NCBI GenBank assembly: GCA_035570495.1
Contig: DATMLO010000127.1
Span: forward strand, 5,173-69,172
Source: Stellaceae bacterium
GTDB lineage: Bacteria; Pseudomonadota; Alphaproteobacteria; ATCC43930; CGMCC-115725
DNA: 64,000 nucleotides
Reading direction: 5' to 3'
Positions 36,151-45,780 of the stretch are shown here, in pieces (position 1 is the stretch's first letter; the number at the start of each line of letters is the position of its first letter). The notes under the pieces were generated by a model. That model saw only the letters and a program-made list of their open reading frames with translations, was not told the DNA's origin and searched no databases. Both the position numbers and the translations under genes were made by a program.

Positions 36151-37026
36151 ATGCCACGCATGAGGTCGCTCACCTCTCCGGGACTTTGCGTCATTACCCC
36201 GTCATTCCGGCAAGGCCGCTTTATCAAGCGGACGATCGACAGCGTCCTCTCGCAGGGTGTCGAGTGCGACTATGTCGTTGTCGACGGCGGCAGCGACGAC
36301 GAAACCGTCGACATCCTCAAGAGCTACGGCGAGCGACTCCGCTGGGTGTCGGAGCCCGATCGCGGCCAGTCGCATGCGATCAATAAAGGGCTGCGGATGA
36401 CCGATGCCGAGATCATCTGTTGGCTCAATTCGGACGATCTGTACTTTCCCGGCACGCTGCCCCGAATTCAGCAGTTCTTCGCGGAGCGACCGGAGATCGA
36501 CATGGTCTACGGCAGGGCGCACTACATCGACGCCGACGACCGCTGGATCGAAGATTACGGGACCGAAGCGTGGAATTTTGATCGGCTGCAGCTAACCTGC
36601 CACCTGTGCCAGCCGGCGACCTTTTTCCGCCGCCGGCTGATCGATCGGGTCGGGCCGATCGACGAGACGCTCAACTACTGCATGGATTACGAATTGTGGA
36701 TCCGTGTCGCGCAGGCCGGGCTGCCAGTCGCGTATCTCGACGATGGCGTGCTGGCGGGCTCGCGCATGCATGAAGCGGCGAAGACGGTCAGTTTGCGCAC
36801 GCCGGCGCAAACAGAAATCCTCAGCATGCTGAAGCGGCGGCTCGGCTCGGTGCCGGACGTTTGGCTCTCCAATTATGCGCACGCGACGCTGCCGCCCAAG
36901 GTTGCGGAAGGGGGCGACAATTTGCGCCGGCGGAGCGAGCTCAGTGTCCGCGTCTTGCTCCCAGCCTGCGCTGGAACCGGTCGGTGCGGTGGAGCCTGTT
37001 GCGGCTCGTTGGCATGTGGATGGTAG
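36151..37026 (+). CDS. glycosyltransferase family 2
   Basis: LCVITPSFRQGRFIKRTIDSVLSQ and ...DYVVVDGGSDDET... with LNSDD fit the GT-A fold. The Cys/Gly-rich C-terminal tail looks odd. Confidence 0.8.
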   Translation: MPRMRSLTSPGLCVITPSFRQGRFIKRTIDSVLSQGVECDYVVVDGGSDDETVDILKSYGERLRWVSEPDRGQSHAINKGLRMTDAEIICWLNSDDLYFPGTLPRIQQFFAERPEIDMVYGRAHYIDADDRWIEDYGTEAWNFDRLQLTCHLCQPATFFRRRLIDRVGPIDETLNYCMDYELWIRVAQAGLPVAYLDDGVLAGSRMHEAAKTVSLRTPAQTEILSMLKRRLGSVPDVWLSNYAHATLPPKVAEGGDNLRRRSELSVRVLLPACAGTGRCGGACCGSLACGW

Positions 37027-37210
37027 ACATACTCCTCGAAACGCCGCCCGCGCGGCTGGCACGCGGAGGAACCCGGAAGTTCCGCCGGGGAATCGCAAAG
37101 CTCCTCCGGATCGCGAAGCTCCGCAGCTGAGGTCAAGCGCCACCGCGAACCCCTTGGCGCTGACATCGAATGGCCCGACAATCACGGTGACGATTATCCT
37201 GGGCTAGCGG

Positions 37211-39616
37211 GTGGCTGCGATGAACGACACCGGGCCTTCCTCCGCCGGACCGTGGATCGGGCAATCGATCAAGCGTCGCGAGGACCAGCGTCTGCTCACT
37301 GGCCAAGGCCAGTTCGTCGCCGACCTGGTGCTGCCGAAAATGCTGCACGCGGTGCTGGTGCGCAGCCCGCTCGCCCATGCGCGCATCCGCGCCGTCGATC
37401 TGTGCCAGGCGACGCAAGCGCCAGGCGTGGTCTATGCGATGAACGGCGCCGATTTGTTGCAGCTGCTGCCGCCGATCCCCGAAGGGCAAATCTCGCTGCC
37501 GCCGAAATGGACGACGCAGATCCAGCACAAATTCCTCAACCCGCAGGAGCCGCTCCTGGCGCACGACAAGGCGCGGCATGTCGGCGAGGCACTGGCGATC
37601 ATCGTCGCCGAGACACGCGACCAGGCGGAGGACGCGGCCGAGCTGGCGACGCTCGACCTCGAAGAGCTGCCGGCGGTGACCGACCCAGAGGCGGCGGTCA
37701 AGGCGGACAGCCCGATCGTCCATGAGCAGTGCAACACCAATCTGATCGGCGAATTCACGGTCGGGCGCGGCGACGCCGCGGGCGAGATGGCGAGGGCGCC
37801 GCATCGCCTCAAGCGGCGCTTCTATCACCACCGCTACGCCGCGGTGCCGATGGAGACGCGCGGCGTGCTGAGCGCCTATGACCCGCGCACCGACTCGGTG
37901 ACGATCTGGTCGTCGACCCAGGTGGTGCATTGGGTGCGGCGCGAGGCGGCGATGCTGCTCGGCATTCCCGAGGCGCGGGTGCGCTGCATCGCGCCCGATG
38001 TCGGCGGCGGGTTCGGCGGCAAGGGGCATGTCTACCCCGAGGACATGCTGATGACGTTTCTGGCGCGCAAGCTCGGCCGGCCGGTCAAGTGGATCGAAGG
38101 CCGCAGCGAGCATCTGCAAAGCGCGACGCACTCGCGTGATCAGCTGCACGATATCGAGGTCGGGTTTGACGATGACGGGCGCATCCTGGCGCTGCGGGAC
38201 GACTACATCGTCGATTGCGGCGCGTGGAACCCGATCGGCTCGGCGGTCGCCTACAACACCGCGGTGCATCTCACGGGCCCGTACAAGATCGAGAATTACC
38301 AGGCGCGCGGCCGTGTCATCGTCAGCAACAAGGTGCCCAACGCGCCCTATCGCGGCGCCGGACGGCCGGAAGCCTGCTTTGCGATGGAGCGGACGATCGA
38401 CCTGATCGCGCGCACGCTCGGTCTCGAGCCGGCCGAGGTGCGCCGGCGCAACATGATCCCGGCAGCCGAGATGCCCTATGCGGTCGGCATGCCCTATCGC
38501 GACGGCGAGCCGATCGTCTACGACAGCGGCAATTACCCGGCGGCGCTGGAAAAGGCGCTGGCCGGTGTCGGCGGGGTCGCGGCGTTTCGCGCGCGGCAAG
38601 CCGAGGCGCGCAAGGCGGGACGGCATCTCGGGCTCGGCATCGGCTTTTATATCGAGGGCACCGGGGTCGGGCCGTTCGAGAGCGCGTTTGTGCGGGTCGA
38701 CCCGAGCGGCAAAATCTACATTTCCGGCGGCGCCGCGCCACAGGGCCAGGGTATGGAGACGATCTTCGCGCAGATCACCGCCGATCTGTGGAAGGTGAGG
38801 CCGGAAGACGTCGTCGTCTCGCTCGCCGACACGGCGTCGATCGCGATTGGTTTTGGCACCATGGCGAGCCGCAGCACGGTGACCTTGTCGGGTGCGCTGC
38901 ATGGCGCCAGCGAGCGGTTGCGGGAGAAGGTCTTCGCCATCGCCGCCAATATTCTCGAGTGCGCGCCGGCCGATCTCGAATTGCGCAACGGCGGGGTCGG
39001 CATCGTTGGTGTGCCAGCGACGACGCTGAGCCTGCAGCGCATCGCCCGCGCGGCGATCCCGGGCTGGACCAACGACCGGCCGCCGGGGGTCGATGCGGGG
39101 CTCGAAGAGACCTATTACTGGCAGCCGCCGACCGTCACCTGGAGCTATGCGGTGCATGTCGCGGTGGTCGAGGTCGACACCGAGACCGGGCGCGTGCGGC
39201 TCGACGACTACGCCGTCGCGCATGATTGCGGCAATGTCGTCAACCCGATGCTGGTCGAGGGCCAGATCCACGGCGGCGCGGTGCAGGGGCTGGGTGGCAT
39301 CCTCTGCGAGGCGATCGCCTATGACGCCAACGGGCAGCTGCTGTCAGGCTCGTTCATGGATTACGCGATGCCGGTCGCAACGGATGTGCCAAACATCAAG
39401 ATCACCCATCTGCATTCACCCTCACCGCTGAACCCGCTCGGGGTCAAGGGCGTCGGCGAGGGCGGCGCGGTCGCGCCGCCGGCCGCGGTCGCCAACGCGG
39501 TATGCGACGCGCTGGGCGAAATGGGGTTGGAAATCAACGCGACCCCGGTACGGCCGGCAGAAATCGCCCGAGAATTTAAGGCCATGGCGCGCGATTTGCG
39601 AGCTGGAGCGGCATGA
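37211..39616 (+). CDS. xanthine dehydrogenase family molybdopterin-binding subunit (CoxL/aldehyde oxidase-like)
   Basis: The N-terminus IGQSIKRREDQRLLTGQGQFVADL is typical of CoxL-type large subunits. The product is 801 aa. No CoxS or CoxM-type subunit genes are in the window. Confidence 0.9.
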   Translation: MAAMNDTGPSSAGPWIGQSIKRREDQRLLTGQGQFVADLVLPKMLHAVLVRSPLAHARIRAVDLCQATQAPGVVYAMNGADLLQLLPPIPEGQISLPPKWTTQIQHKFLNPQEPLLAHDKARHVGEALAIIVAETRDQAEDAAELATLDLEELPAVTDPEAAVKADSPIVHEQCNTNLIGEFTVGRGDAAGEMARAPHRLKRRFYHHRYAAVPMETRGVLSAYDPRTDSVTIWSSTQVVHWVRREAAMLLGIPEARVRCIAPDVGGGFGGKGHVYPEDMLMTFLARKLGRPVKWIEGRSEHLQSATHSRDQLHDIEVGFDDDGRILALRDDYIVDCGAWNPIGSAVAYNTAVHLTGPYKIENYQARGRVIVSNKVPNAPYRGAGRPEACFAMERTIDLIARTLGLEPAEVRRRNMIPAAEMPYAVGMPYRDGEPIVYDSGNYPAALEKALAGVGGVAAFRARQAEARKAGRHLGLGIGFYIEGTGVGPFESAFVRVDPSGKIYISGGAAPQGQGMETIFAQITADLWKVRPEDVVVSLADTASIAIGFGTMASRSTVTLSGALHGASERLREKVFAIAANILECAPADLELRNGGVGIVGVPATTLSLQRIARAAIPGWTNDRPPGVDAGLEETYYWQPPTVTWSYAVHVAVVEVDTETGRVRLDDYAVAHDCGNVVNPMLVEGQIHGGAVQGLGGILCEAIAYDANGQLLSGSFMDYAMPVATDVPNIKITHLHSPSPLNPLGVKGVGEGGAVAPPAAVANAVCDALGEMGLEINATPVRPAEIAREFKAMARDLRAGAA

Positions 39617-40551
39617 GCGCCGCCAGCGACCTTCCGGCGATTCCCGGCGTCTTTCACGAGACGGCCTCCGGGCGGAGCCTGATGGGGGTCGTCGATCTAC
39701 GGGTGTACGGGCGACGGTCGGATGCGGCGGGCGCGAAGCGCGCGGCGGCGCATCTCGGCTGCATGGTCGCGACCGGGACGCTGGTGTGGCTCGCCTTACC
39801 CTCTTGGCCGCTGCTGATCCCGGCGATGCTGCTGCACGGTCTCACCTTGGTGACGATGTTCGCGCCGATGCATGAATGCACCCACCGCACCGCCTTTGCC
39901 TCGCCGGCCGCGAATGCGGCGGTCGGATGGGTGGCGGGGCTGCTGAGCTTCTACAACTCGACCTATTACCGCTGGTACCATTCCTGGCACCACCGCTACA
40001 CGCAGGACCCGGCGCGCGACCCCGAGCTGATGTTTCCGCGCGCCAGCGATCGCGGCACCTATCTGCGCGAGATCAGCACGGTCGGGTTCTGGTATCGCCG
40101 GGTGGTGGATTACGCGAGGCTGGCGCTGGGGCTGTACCGGCTGCCTTTTGTCCCCGACAGCGCCAGACGCCCAATCCGGATTTCGGTGTCCATCCAGTGG
40201 CTGGTCTATCTTGGCGCGGCGGGGACGGTCGTCATGGGATTTACCGCGCCCTTGTACTTCTTCTTCCTGCCGTCGCTCTTGGCGATGCCGTTTATGCGCG
40301 CGTATCTGATCGCCGAGCACACGCTGTGCAGCGGCGACCAGAACTTCCTCACCAATACGCGGACGACACTGACCGTTTTCCCGGTGCGGCTGCTGATGTG
40401 GAACATGCCGTTCCACGCCGCGCATCATTTGTTCCCGTCGGTGCCGTTTCATCGCCTGCCGGCGCTGCATGAGCTGATCGGCGCACGGTTCGCGCATGTC
40501 GGGTCGGGCTATGTCGCGGTGAACCGCGAGGTATGGCGGTCGATCGCCTAG
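39613..40551 (+). CDS. membrane fatty-acid desaturase family (di-iron, three His boxes)
   Basis: The His boxes are HECTH, HSWHH and HAAHH, separated by TM segments. It has an ATGA overlap with the CoxL-like gene. Confidence 0.85.
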   Translation: MSAASDLPAIPGVFHETASGRSLMGVVDLRVYGRRSDAAGAKRAAAHLGCMVATGTLVWLALPSWPLLIPAMLLHGLTLVTMFAPMHECTHRTAFASPAANAAVGWVAGLLSFYNSTYYRWYHSWHHRYTQDPARDPELMFPRASDRGTYLREISTVGFWYRRVVDYARLALGLYRLPFVPDSARRPIRISVSIQWLVYLGAAGTVVMGFTAPLYFFFLPSLLAMPFMRAYLIAEHTLCSGDQNFLTNTRTTLTVFPVRLLMWNMPFHAAHHLFPSVPFHRLPALHELIGARFAHVGSGYVAVNREVWRSIA

Positions 40552-41138
40552 CCGGTGATCTCGAAATGCGCGGCGGTCGGTTTCATCGCCGCGCCATTGA
40601 TCGGCACCATGTCCTGCGGACAGGCGGAGAGCGCGACGATGCAGTCGATCTCGGCGCGCAGCGTCACGTAGCTTCCGGGGGTGCTGACCGGCGGCAACAC
40701 GTCGATGCGGTTGCCGTCAACGACCGGGATGTTCATGAAGAGATTGAGCGGCGAGGGCGTCTCGGGCGGCGTCAGGCCCAGCGCGGCGAGCGCGGCGGCG
40801 AGATTGTCGGTGCAATTGTCGTGGTAGCCGACCGCGCCGAGCAGCTCGTAGCGCCAGCGATCGCAGGCCGCGACCAGCGTGTCGTGGATGCCGCCGGAGG
40901 TGTCGTCGGTCAGCGTCAGGATCGGCCGGCGATGGTTGGTGACAAGCGGGTCGCCAAGCCGCGGGATGATCCGCCCGATAGAGATGCGCGTGTGCTCCAT
41001 CGACATGAATTCGCGGATGTCGCGCTCGCAGAACGCCCAGGTGTCGACCACCTGCTGCCCGAACGTATTGATCACCCTGATACTTTGCCCCGCCGATAGC
41101 GGTGTCGCGATACCGCGCCGCGCCGGAATTTCGATCAT
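40548..41138 (-). CDS. DUF1989 (urea carboxylase-associated) family protein
   Basis: The ATG at 41138 follows GGAGG. MIEIPARRG..., VINTFGQQVVDTWAF and ...DNCTDNL are typical of DUF1989. Confidence 0.75.
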   Translation of the reverse strand: MIEIPARRGIATPLSAGQSIRVINTFGQQVVDTWAFCERDIREFMSMEHTRISIGRIIPRLGDPLVTNHRRPILTLTDDTSGGIHDTLVAACDRWRYELLGAVGYHDNCTDNLAAALAALGLTPPETPSPLNLFMNIPVVDGNRIDVLPPVSTPGSYVTLRAEIDCIVALSACPQDMVPINGAAMKPTAAHFEITG

Positions 41139-41236
41139 CGCTTGCCTCCAATACGCAGTATTGCGAAGGCCAATTCTATTCCAGAGCCAAGGCCGCCGTT
41201 GAGTTTTGCTTAAGCTTATCTGGTTAGCTTCCGCGA

Positions 41237-43390
41237 ATGCTAAGGCATGGCGATCGGATAGAGGCCGCATTCGTGCGCCGTCACCCGGCGAACCGGCGCG
41301 TCTACGCGATCGGCATCCTATGCGTCGTGATCACGATTGCCGCCGCCTGCCTGTCGATCGGGCTGCTGCGACGCGACCAGAGCAACCAGCAGATGAGCGA
41401 CGCCAACAACCTCGCCATCGTGCTCGCGGCGCAGGCGGCCCGCGCGATCCAGGCGGTGGACCTGGTCGTCCAGGAAACGCGCGCGTTGGTGCTGCGCGAC
41501 GGCGTCGACACCGCCGACGGATTCCGCAACCGGCTTGAGACCGAGGACATCCACAATTTCCTCGTCAACCGGCTGCAGAGCCTGCCGCAGGCCAATTCGC
41601 TGGCGCTGCTCGACGATACGGGCCGGATCGTCAACTTCTCGCATACCTGGCCGGTTCCGGTGATCGAGGCCGGCGACCGCGACTTCTTCAAATATCTGCG
41701 CGACCACGACGACCCCAAGCTGGTGATCGGCCTGCCGGTGGTGAACCGCTTCACCAAGGCCTGGGTCATCATGATCGCGCGACGCGTCGACGGACCGCAC
41801 GGCGAATTTCTCGGCGTAGTCGTGGGCGTCCTTGAAGCGCGCTATTTCGAGGATTTCTATCGCGAAGTCCGCAATGGGGAGTCCTCCTCGGCAAGCCTGT
41901 TCCGCTCGGACGGCGTGCTGTTGGCGCACCAGCCGACGATCGACGAGGCGATCGGCCGGTCGCTGTCCAACGACTCGGGCTGGTACGAAATGCTGGCGAA
42001 AGGCGGCGGCGCCTATCTGACCCCCGGCTATTTCGACGATGTCGAACGCATCGTGTCGGTGCAGCCGGTGCCCGACTACCCGCTCGCGGTCTCGGTCGGG
42101 ATCGACGAGCACGCCGCGCTCGCGCCGTGGCGCAAGCAAACGCTGATCATCGCCATCGGCACGCTCGGCGCGGTAGTCGGCTTCGGCTTTCTGTTCCGCG
42201 CGCTGGCGGTGCAGTTTCACCGGGTCGAGGAGCGGTCGACGGAACTCGAGCAGAGCGAAAGCCGCTTCCGCGACTTTGCGCTGACCTCGTCCGACTGGTT
42301 CTGGGAAACCGACGAGAACCACCGCTTTACCTATATCTCCGAAGGCATTCGCCAATTCGGCCAGGAGCCGGCGACCCGGATCGGCCGCAGCCGTATGGAA
42401 CTCGCCACCGACATCGAGAGCGAGGCCGACAAGTGGCGCGCCCATATCGCCGAGCTCGAGCGGCACCGACCGTTCCGCGATTTCTCCTATTCGCGCAAGA
42501 TCGGCGATCAGCCGGAAAACACGGTGTCGATCAGCGGCAATCCGATATTCGATGCGACGGGACGCTTTACCGGCTATCGCGGCACGGCGCGCGACATCAC
42601 GCGGCAGGTTCATGCCGAGCAAAGCCTGCGCGACGCGAAAGAGGCGGCGGAGGCCGCCAATGTCGCCAAGTCGCAATTCCTCGCCAATATGAGCCACGAA
42701 TTGCGCACGCCGTTGAACGCGATCATCGGCTTTTCCGAGGCGCTCGAACTCGGCATGGCCGGCGAGCTGCAACCGCGCCAAGCGGAGTATGCCGGGCTGA
42801 TCCACCAGAGCGGCGAGCACCTGCATACGGTCATCAACGACATCCTCGACCTGGCGAAGGTCGATGCGGGCAAGCTCGACCTCCACGAGGAAAGCACGAT
42901 CGAGCCGCTGAGCATCATCGAGGCCTGCGTCACGCTGATGAGGAGCCATGCGGTCGCCGGATCGGTCGCGCTGTCGATCGACGCCGACGACCGTCTGCCG
43001 CTGCTGCGCGCCGACGCGACGCGGCTCAAACAGATCCTGCTGAACCTGGTCTCGAACGCCGTCAAATTCACCGGTACGGGCGGTTCGGTCGTGATCTCGG
43101 TCCACCGCGAGCCACAGGGCGGAATCGCCTTTGTCGTGCGCGACACCGGGCCCGGCATGACGCCGCGCGAGATCGAGACCGCGCTCGAGCCGTTCGGCCA
43201 GGTCGATGCCGGGGACACGCGGCGCTATGAGGGCACCGGGCTCGGTCTGCCGCTGGCGAAGCGGCTTGCCGCGCTGCACGGGGGCTCGCTGACGGTCGAC
43301 AGCACCAAAGGCGTCGGCACGACGGTGACGGTCGTCTTGCCGGCGGATCGCGTGGTCGAGGCGACCCGGGTCGCCGCGGCCGGCGACTAG
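41237..43390 (+). CDS. sensor histidine kinase (periplasmic Cache-like domain, PAS, HisKA, HATPase_c)
   Basis: The H-box is FLANMSHELRTPLNAIIGFSE, with N, G1 and G2 boxes (LLNLVSNAVKFT, DTGPGM, GTGLGL). No response regulator gene is adjacent. Confidence 0.92.
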   Translation: MLRHGDRIEAAFVRRHPANRRVYAIGILCVVITIAAACLSIGLLRRDQSNQQMSDANNLAIVLAAQAARAIQAVDLVVQETRALVLRDGVDTADGFRNRLETEDIHNFLVNRLQSLPQANSLALLDDTGRIVNFSHTWPVPVIEAGDRDFFKYLRDHDDPKLVIGLPVVNRFTKAWVIMIARRVDGPHGEFLGVVVGVLEARYFEDFYREVRNGESSSASLFRSDGVLLAHQPTIDEAIGRSLSNDSGWYEMLAKGGGAYLTPGYFDDVERIVSVQPVPDYPLAVSVGIDEHAALAPWRKQTLIIAIGTLGAVVGFGFLFRALAVQFHRVEERSTELEQSESRFRDFALTSSDWFWETDENHRFTYISEGIRQFGQEPATRIGRSRMELATDIESEADKWRAHIAELERHRPFRDFSYSRKIGDQPENTVSISGNPIFDATGRFTGYRGTARDITRQVHAEQSLRDAKEAAEAANVAKSQFLANMSHELRTPLNAIIGFSEALELGMAGELQPRQAEYAGLIHQSGEHLHTVINDILDLAKVDAGKLDLHEESTIEPLSIIEACVTLMRSHAVAGSVALSIDADDRLPLLRADATRLKQILLNLVSNAVKFTGTGGSVVISVHREPQGGIAFVVRDTGPGMTPREIETALEPFGQVDAGDTRRYEGTGLGLPLAKRLAALHGGSLTVDSTKGVGTTVTVVLPADRVVEATRVAAAGD

Positions 43391-43400
43391 GCCTGAATAG

Positions 43401-43430
43401 AAAAACGGCCGGGTTGCCCCGGCCGTTTTG
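43401..43430. terminator. bidirectional rho-independent terminator
   Basis: The sequence is AAAAA-CGGCCGGG-ttgc-CCCGGCCG-TTTT. It lies between the convergent kinase and MFS genes. Confidence 0.8.
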
Positions 43431-43447
43431 TCGTGTGCGGGCCGCGG

Positions 43448-44836
43448 TTATTCCGCTGGCGCCTTCGCGGCCACCGCGCCGTCCATGTCGGCGTCGATCT
43501 CGTCGATCGTGCGACCGCGCGTCTCGACCGCGATCAGCCAGAACGCCAGCGCGCCGAGCACGTACCAGGCGGCAAAGTAGTTGAACCCGGGGATCAGCGC
43601 GTCGAGCGTCGCCTTGGGGCTGACGAAGTTGTCGGAACCGGCGATGACCGCGAGACCCGCCGGGCCGATGAACTTGCCGAGATTGCCGACGCCGTAGACA
43701 AGCCCCATGCCACTGCCGCGCAGCCGCGCCGGCCACAACTCGCCCATATAGGGACCGACGATCGAGTAGTTGCCGCTGCCCATGAAGTTCTGCAGCACGA
43801 CCATGACGAAGAACAGCGACACGCCGCCGATGTACACATCGTGCAAATAGCCGGCGAGCGACATGAAAAGCGCGGCGATCAGGCAGCTGACGATCCCCGA
43901 GCCGCGACGGCCCATCGCGTCGGACATCCACGAGCAGCAGAACCGGCCGGCGATCGCCGAGATGCTGACCCAGATCACCAGCTTGGAGGCCTCGGGCGGG
44001 GTAACCTTCAGCACCATCACGAACAGGGTCACCATCCACAGCGCAAGCGCGACGCCGCCGGTCTGGGTGAGGCCGGTGAGGCAGCCAGCAATGATGCTGC
44101 GCGGGTACTTGAAGAGTTCGATCCAGCGCGTGTGCTCGACCGGCGGCAAGACGGCCGGCAGCCGGATCGTCGCGGGATCGACCATCAGCGCCCAGGCGAG
44201 CGATTTGCGCGCTTCTTCCGCCCGCCCTTTGCGCAGCAGCCAGTGCGGCGACTCGGGGACAAAGGCGCGAACGTAGAGGCATAACAGCGCCGGCAGCACA
44301 CCCACCGCGACAAGGCCGCGCCAGCCGATATAGGGCGCGGCGAACGCGCCGAGCAGCGCCGCGAGCAGCGAGCCGGCCGGCAGCATCGTCGTGGTGAGGC
44401 CGGTGAACCAGCCGCGCTTATGCGCCGGCGAGAATTCCTGCATCAGCGTGATGTCGACAGAATAGAGTCCGGTGACGCCAAAACCGACGATAAAGCGGCA
44501 GAACACCAAGTACATCCAGCCGCCTTCCGGCGTCACCGCCATCGCTCCGGTGGCCAGGGATACGTTGAGAATGCTGGCGATCAGCGCGGTGCGGCGGCCA
44601 ATCTTGTCGGCGAGCCAGCCGTAGAACAGCGAGCCGAACGGCGCGCTGATGCCGGATGCGAGCAGGATCGCGCCCGACTGCCCGTAAGTCAGGTTCCAAT
44701 CCTTGACGATAAACGCCAGCACGAAGCCGATCAGGAAGAAATCGAAGAAATCGAGCATGTCGCCGAGCGTCGCGGCGCCGGCGATCTTCCATTGGTTGAT
44801 CGTAAGTTTCTGCTGCTTCTCGAGAAGATCGAGCAC
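43448..44836 (-). CDS. MFS transporter
   Basis: The topology is 12-TM-like, with GWLADKIGRR in the loop 2-3 motif. It is 462 aa long. Confidence 0.9.
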   Translation of the reverse strand: MLDLLEKQQKLTINQWKIAGAATLGDMLDFFDFFLIGFVLAFIVKDWNLTYGQSGAILLASGISAPFGSLFYGWLADKIGRRTALIASILNVSLATGAMAVTPEGGWMYLVFCRFIVGFGVTGLYSVDITLMQEFSPAHKRGWFTGLTTTMLPAGSLLAALLGAFAAPYIGWRGLVAVGVLPALLCLYVRAFVPESPHWLLRKGRAEEARKSLAWALMVDPATIRLPAVLPPVEHTRWIELFKYPRSIIAGCLTGLTQTGGVALALWMVTLFVMVLKVTPPEASKLVIWVSISAIAGRFCCSWMSDAMGRRGSGIVSCLIAALFMSLAGYLHDVYIGGVSLFFVMVVLQNFMGSGNYSIVGPYMGELWPARLRGSGMGLVYGVGNLGKFIGPAGLAVIAGSDNFVSPKATLDALIPGFNYFAAWYVLGALAFWLIAVETRGRTIDEIDADMDGAVAAKAPAE

Positions 44837-44930
44837 CGTTGCCTCCCGTCTGTCGCACCGCCGGCGGGTTTCCCGCTCGCGTTATGGCAATGACAGTAAG
44901 GCGGCGAGCCGACGCTTGGCAACGGGCGCA

Positions 44931-44960
44931 TAAAAAATCGGCCGGGAGACCCGGCCGATT
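44931..44960 (-). terminator. rho-independent terminator downstream of the BI-1 gene
   Basis: The stem is TCGGCCGGG-aga-CCCGGCCGA. On the minus strand it is followed by TTTTTT. Confidence 0.8.
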
Positions 44961-44986
44961 TCTAAAGATCAGTGCCGCGAGGCGCT

Positions 44987-45712
44987 TTAATCGCGCGCGG
45001 TGCCCATCAGGCGGAGCAGCATCATGAAGAGGTTGATGAAGTCGAGATAGAGGCGAAGCGCGCCCATGACCGACTTCTTGCCGGCGAGTTCGTAGCCGTC
45101 GCCCTCGTAATACATCTCCTTGATCGACTGCGTGTCGTAGGCGGTGAGGCCCGTGAACACGAGAACGCCGATCACCGAGATCGCGAAGCTGAGCGCGGAC
45201 GAACCAACGAAGATGTTGACCAGCGAGGCGATCACGATGCCGATCAGGCCCATAAACAGGAACGCGCCGAACCGCGACAGGTCGCGCTTCGTCGTGTAGC
45301 CGTAAAGGCTCATCGCGGTGAACGTGCCGGCTGTAATGAAGAACACGCGGGCGATGCTCTCGCCGGTATAGACGAGGAAGATCGTCGACATCGACAGGCC
45401 CATCAGCGCCGCATAGGCCCAGAAGATGCCCTGCGCCGCCGCCACGCTGAGCCGGTTGAGACCGTAGGAAAGCACCATCACCAGGCCGAGCGGCGCCAGG
45501 ATGACGAGCCACATCAGCGGCGTGTGGTAGATGTGCGCGATAAAGCTGTCGCGGCCGCCCATCGCCGCCACGTAGGCGACGATGCCGGTCAGCGCCAGCG
45601 CCGACGCCATGTAGTTGTAGATGCGCAGCATGTAGTCGCGCAGGCCGACATCGATGTCGAGCTGCGTTGCCGCTGACCGATCGGTCCAGCGGGGCTGCGA
45701 GCCATAGGCCAT
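44987..45712 (-). CDS. Bax inhibitor-1/YccA (YbhL) family membrane protein
   Basis: It has 7 TM helices and a C-terminal LYLDFINLFMMLLRLMG, which is typical of the BI-1 family. Confidence 0.92.
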   Translation of the reverse strand: MAYGSQPRWTDRSAATQLDIDVGLRDYMLRIYNYMASALALTGIVAYVAAMGGRDSFIAHIYHTPLMWLVILAPLGLVMVLSYGLNRLSVAAAQGIFWAYAALMGLSMSTIFLVYTGESIARVFFITAGTFTAMSLYGYTTKRDLSRFGAFLFMGLIGIVIASLVNIFVGSSALSFAISVIGVLVFTGLTAYDTQSIKEMYYEGDGYELAGKKSVMGALRLYLDFINLFMMLLRLMGTARD

Positions 45713-45780
45713 TTAAGCCTCCGAGAGAGATGCGAGGACCACTCCTCGCGTGCCAGATATTGGCACATTTGGTGGGAACT
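45713..45780 (-). promoter_or_regulatory. structured 5' leader, candidate ybhL-type RNA motif
   Basis: Two adjacent hairpins sit immediately upstream of the SD of a ybhL-family gene: GCGAGGA-ccac-TCCTCGC at 45732-45749 and GTGCCA-gatat-TGGCAC at 45750-45766. Confidence 0.4.

Noticed and set aside
34529-36157. A 542-aa minus-strand ORF, together with the 712-aa (37133-39271) and 653-aa (41318-43279) minus-strand ORFs.
   Set aside because: They are antisense to the L,D-transpeptidase, CoxL-like and histidine kinase genes respectively. Their composition is Arg/Gly/Asp-rich and they contain no motifs.
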